Source: Gemmatimonas sp.
Lineage (GTDB): Bacteria > Gemmatimonadota > Gemmatimonadetes > Gemmatimonadales > Gemmatimonadaceae
NCBI GenBank assembly: GCA_965279375.1
Contig: OZ257156.1
Coordinates: forward strand, 2,976,001-3,040,000
Direction: 5' to 3'
DNA length: 64,000 nt
A program made the position numbers and the translations under genes. Below are positions 61,396 to 64,000 of this stretch, piece after piece. Below the pieces are notes generated by a model that was given only the letters and a program-made list of their open reading frames with translations, did no database searches and had not been told where the DNA came from. Position 1 is the first letter of the stretch. Every line of letters starts with the position of its first letter.

Positions 61396-61508
61396 GCGGA
61401 CGCCGGATTGAGGAATCGGAATCGATGTGCTGGAGCCGAGGAGTCTTCCACGAACTGACGGAGACGATACCTCGCCCATGCGAAAATCGCGCTGATCGGA
61501 ATGGCGCG

Positions 61509-62126
61509 TCATGGCTTGGGATCGATGGAGTCTGGCAGAGCAGGTGCCACGAGACGCACGGTCCGCGTGCCACCCGACGAGGAGAGGACGACGCGATCCG
61601 TACCGATGGTCACGACGCGATATCCCGCCTGACGGTCGCCAACGCCGAGAAGTCGCGGCACGGAGTCCGCCCCCGGCAACACCAGCAGCGCACGTCGCAC
61701 GCCATCCTGTGCCACGATGCCGAACAGCCGAGGACCGCTCGCCACAGACTCCGCGGTGACGACCATGTCGCTCGGCGGGGCAGGGGGCAGTGACTCTCCA
61801 TCGGCCCCCGGCGGGCGGAAGAGCACGGTCGGCGCCCGGCGCGTCGCGCTGAACAGGTTGCCATCCACGATCGCCTGCGACACCGGCTCGGCGACACCAC
61901 CCGCGCTCACCTGATGCTCGGCGATGACTTGTGGTGCTTGGGGAGCCACAGAGGGCCGCGCTGGCCAGACCAACAGCGCGATCGCCGCGAGTCCGACGAC
62001 TGCGGTCAACACATCCAGCACGACGACGGGTGAGCGTCCCGCGCGAGTGCGCGCGCGAGCGACCGACTCCTCCGCGGCGTCGGCCAGCGATGTTTCCGTG
62101 AACGAACGGTCGGGTCGTTGCGTCAT
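61509..62126 (-). CDS. Type II secretion accessory protein (GspC/GspN-like), single TM
   Basis: TM helix, NLFSATRR and RLFGIV...ALL...VGD motif; lies between gspM and gspD. Confidence 0.6.
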   Translation of the reverse strand: MTQRPDRSFTETSLADAAEESVARARTRAGRSPVVVLDVLTAVVGLAAIALLVWPARPSVAPQAPQVIAEHQVSAGGVAEPVSQAIVDGNLFSATRRAPTVLFRPPGADGESLPPAPPSDMVVTAESVASGPRLFGIVAQDGVRRALLVLPGADSVPRLLGVGDRQAGYRVVTIGTDRVVLSSSGGTRTVRLVAPALPDSIDPKP

Positions 62127-62133
62127 CGCGTGG

Positions 62134-62763
62134 TCACTCCACGATCACCGGCGCGCGGAGTAGCAGCGTCACCTGCAGCATGTCCGGTGCGCCGCGCAGG
62201 GCGGAGTTCTGCTGCACGGTGAGTCGCTCCACCACCACCACGCGCGGTGCGCGCGCCAGCTGGTCGAGCAACGCTGCCAACCCCACCACATCGCAGTACG
62301 CCGCGAGCGTGGCCGGCAACGACGTGGCGCCCGCGGTCTCGTTCGTCGTGCCGTTGGTGGGGCCGTTGGTGGTGCCGTCCGATGCTGCCGACTCCTGCGC
62401 GACGTCCAGGCGCGTGACCACCAGATGCGAGGCATCGGCCGCGTCCTGCAGCAATGACTGCAGCGCGCTCGCCGCCAGCGCCGTCGATCGCGCATGAAAC
62501 ACGCGGCGCGCACGTTCGGAAAGCGCGCGCTCTCCGAGCGCCGAGGCGGATTCGAGCTGTGGCGCAGCGGCCACCAGACCAGACGCGACGGCGACCTCTT
62601 GCCGGAGTTGTCGAATCTCCGCCTCACGTGCCATCCAGCTTCGGGCGTACGGCACGACGACCCAGGCGAGCAGCAAGCCAGCCAACGTCACCACCGCGCC
62701 GCCAATCACCACGCGTCGTTCGCGCTGCTGCACGGCGTTTGAAGCGACACTATTGCCCGACAC
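62134..62763 (-). CDS. gspM: Type II secretion protein M
   Basis: GGAGG RBS + GTG, RERR + TM + coiled coil, LQ and L..LL..L...PR pattern, and operon position. Confidence 0.75.
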   Translation of the reverse strand: MSGNSVASNAVQQRERRVVIGGAVVTLAGLLLAWVVVPYARSWMAREAEIRQLRQEVAVASGLVAAAPQLESASALGERALSERARRVFHARSTALAASALQSLLQDAADASHLVVTRLDVAQESAASDGTTNGPTNGTTNETAGATSLPATLAAYCDVVGLAALLDQLARAPRVVVVERLTVQQNSALRGAPDMLQVTLLLRAPVIVE

Positions 62764-63898
62764 GTGGACCTCCGGGCGCCGTGCGCGTCTTGAAGGCAAT
62801 CGAGAACGACTCGCGCTGCTTGCCCGCGTCTAGGAAGCGCTGGCTCGCCGCGACGATACGCACGTCGGCGAAATGCGCATCCGCATCGAGCAACGGCACG
62901 ATGCGAGGCGCGTCGTTCGCACTGCCATCGATGCGCCACGTGACGCCATCCCATTCGAGTCGCTGCACAAAGGCGTCCTTCGGCAATAGCGCGCTCAGTC
63001 GAGCCAAAACCGCTGCCGCGTCACTTCCCACAGCAGCCGCAGAATCGGCTTGGCGGAGCAGCCGCTGCTCGGCCGCGGCACGTTCCACCCGCTGCGCGGC
63101 AGCACGCGCGGTGGCCGCCTGTGTCGCGAGTTGATTCACCTGCTGTTGCAACGCGACGCGCGCGCGATCACGCCACCGCGCCGCGGACCAGCCGAGCATG
63201 AGGAGCGCGACAACGAAGATCGCAGCCGATCGGAGCACACGTCCGCGCCGACGCGTCTCGATGCGCGCAGCCACCGTTCGGTCGAGCAGCTGCGCATCGA
63301 TCGGTGCATCGTGCTGCGCGGCGGCGACGCGCAACACGGCTTCCACCGAAAGCGCCGAGCCACGTTCGTTCGGCGGTGCTGCCCCGGCCGCCCGGCGCGC
63401 GTCACGCACGGTGCCGCCCGCGAGCACGATGACACCATGCTCGCCCGCGGCCGAGTCGGTGGTAACGGTCCCATTCACGGCCGGCTGCGCGCGACCAGCG
63501 AGCTGCGGCAACGCGAAGACGGCGTCCACCGGTGCGACCGCCTCGAAGGCACGCACCCAGCGCTCCAGCACCGGCGCCGAGATCGCGACGGCCAGCCCAT
63601 CGCACCAGGCCACCGCCACGTCGCCTTCCAGTGGCACATAGCGATCGGCGTCGCGGAGGAGGAGCGCGCGGCGCGCAGGCGCCGCGAGTGGTGGCAGATC
63701 AGGGCGCGCGATTTCGAGGAAGCCCAATCCAACCACCAGCACCAGCGACGATGCCGCCCCGCAGGCGTCGGCGATGCGCGCCATCGCGTCGGCGGGCGCG
63801 GTCGGGTCCCACGCCACATCCACGACGCGCGGTGATGGCGGCGCCGACAGGACGCGCACACGGTCGACCTCGAGCAAGAGCGCGACGCGATTGCTCAT
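62750..63898 (-). CDS. gspL: Type II secretion protein L / PilN-domain protein
   Basis: Cytoplasmic domain, TM helix, coiled coil, LSALLP and IDG.A...F.DV PilN-like end. Confidence 0.75.
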   Translation of the reverse strand: MSNRVALLLEVDRVRVLSAPPSPRVVDVAWDPTAPADAMARIADACGAASSLVLVVGLGFLEIARPDLPPLAAPARRALLLRDADRYVPLEGDVAVAWCDGLAVAISAPVLERWVRAFEAVAPVDAVFALPQLAGRAQPAVNGTVTTDSAAGEHGVIVLAGGTVRDARRAAGAAPPNERGSALSVEAVLRVAAAQHDAPIDAQLLDRTVAARIETRRRGRVLRSAAIFVVALLMLGWSAARWRDRARVALQQQVNQLATQAATARAAAQRVERAAAEQRLLRQADSAAAVGSDAAAVLARLSALLPKDAFVQRLEWDGVTWRIDGSANDAPRIVPLLDADAHFADVRIVAASQRFLDAGKQRESFSIAFKTRTAPGGPRVGQ

Positions 63899-63999
63899 CG
63901 CGTCGTCTCCCGCCAGCGCACCAGGCGCAGCCCGTTTTCCGCCAGTTCGTACACAGCTTGAATCTCGCGCGTGAGGGCATGTCCGCGCTGCCACCCACG
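63895..63999 (-). CDS. gspK: C-terminal fragment of probable minor pseudopilin GspK (runs off window)
   Basis: RGWQRGHALTREIQAVYELAENGLRLVRWRETTR* ends in a GspK-like WRE motif; ATGA overlap with gspL. Confidence 0.6.
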   Translation of the reverse strand, partial: RGWQRGHALTREIQAVYELAENGLRLVRWRETTR

Positions 64000-64000
64000 C

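Overview
A GC-rich, gene-dense bacterial chromosome segment with about 52 CDS. I saw no tRNA, rRNA, CRISPR array, transposase or prophage gene. The gene repertoire suggests Gemmatimonadota (inference): PEP-CTERM protein, Ser/Thr kinase with beta-propeller, several secreted M28/M20/S9/S41 peptidases, a plug-only TonB-like protein and DUF1800/DUF1501. Most of the window encodes exported hydrolases, a sugar/nucleoside-utilisation cluster (GH20, cutC, NupG-like permease, DUF1080), Ig-like lipoproteins and the 3' part of a type II secretion operon (gspK partial, L, M, C/N-like, D, E, F). The best candidate for an unusual system is a tightly coupled five-gene operon at 39945-44403. It encodes a small membrane protein, a GltD-like FAD/multi-[4Fe-4S] NAD(P)H oxidoreductase, a fused b6+subunit IV-type cytochrome b with an APWY Qo motif and no canonical haem ci Cys, a Tat Rieske protein and a monohaem cytochrome c. 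This is a Rieske/cytb complex genetically wired to a pyridine-nucleotide flavoprotein. Other notable items are an ECF sigma-region-2-like domain fused to a FecR anti-sigma domain, a REPIN-like inverted/tandem repeat element at 45094-45307, and a well-matched sigma54 promoter with an IHF-like site ahead of the PEP-CTERM gene. Start codons were chosen by eye from RBS, gene overlap and signal peptides. Family calls come from motif recognition, not database searches.
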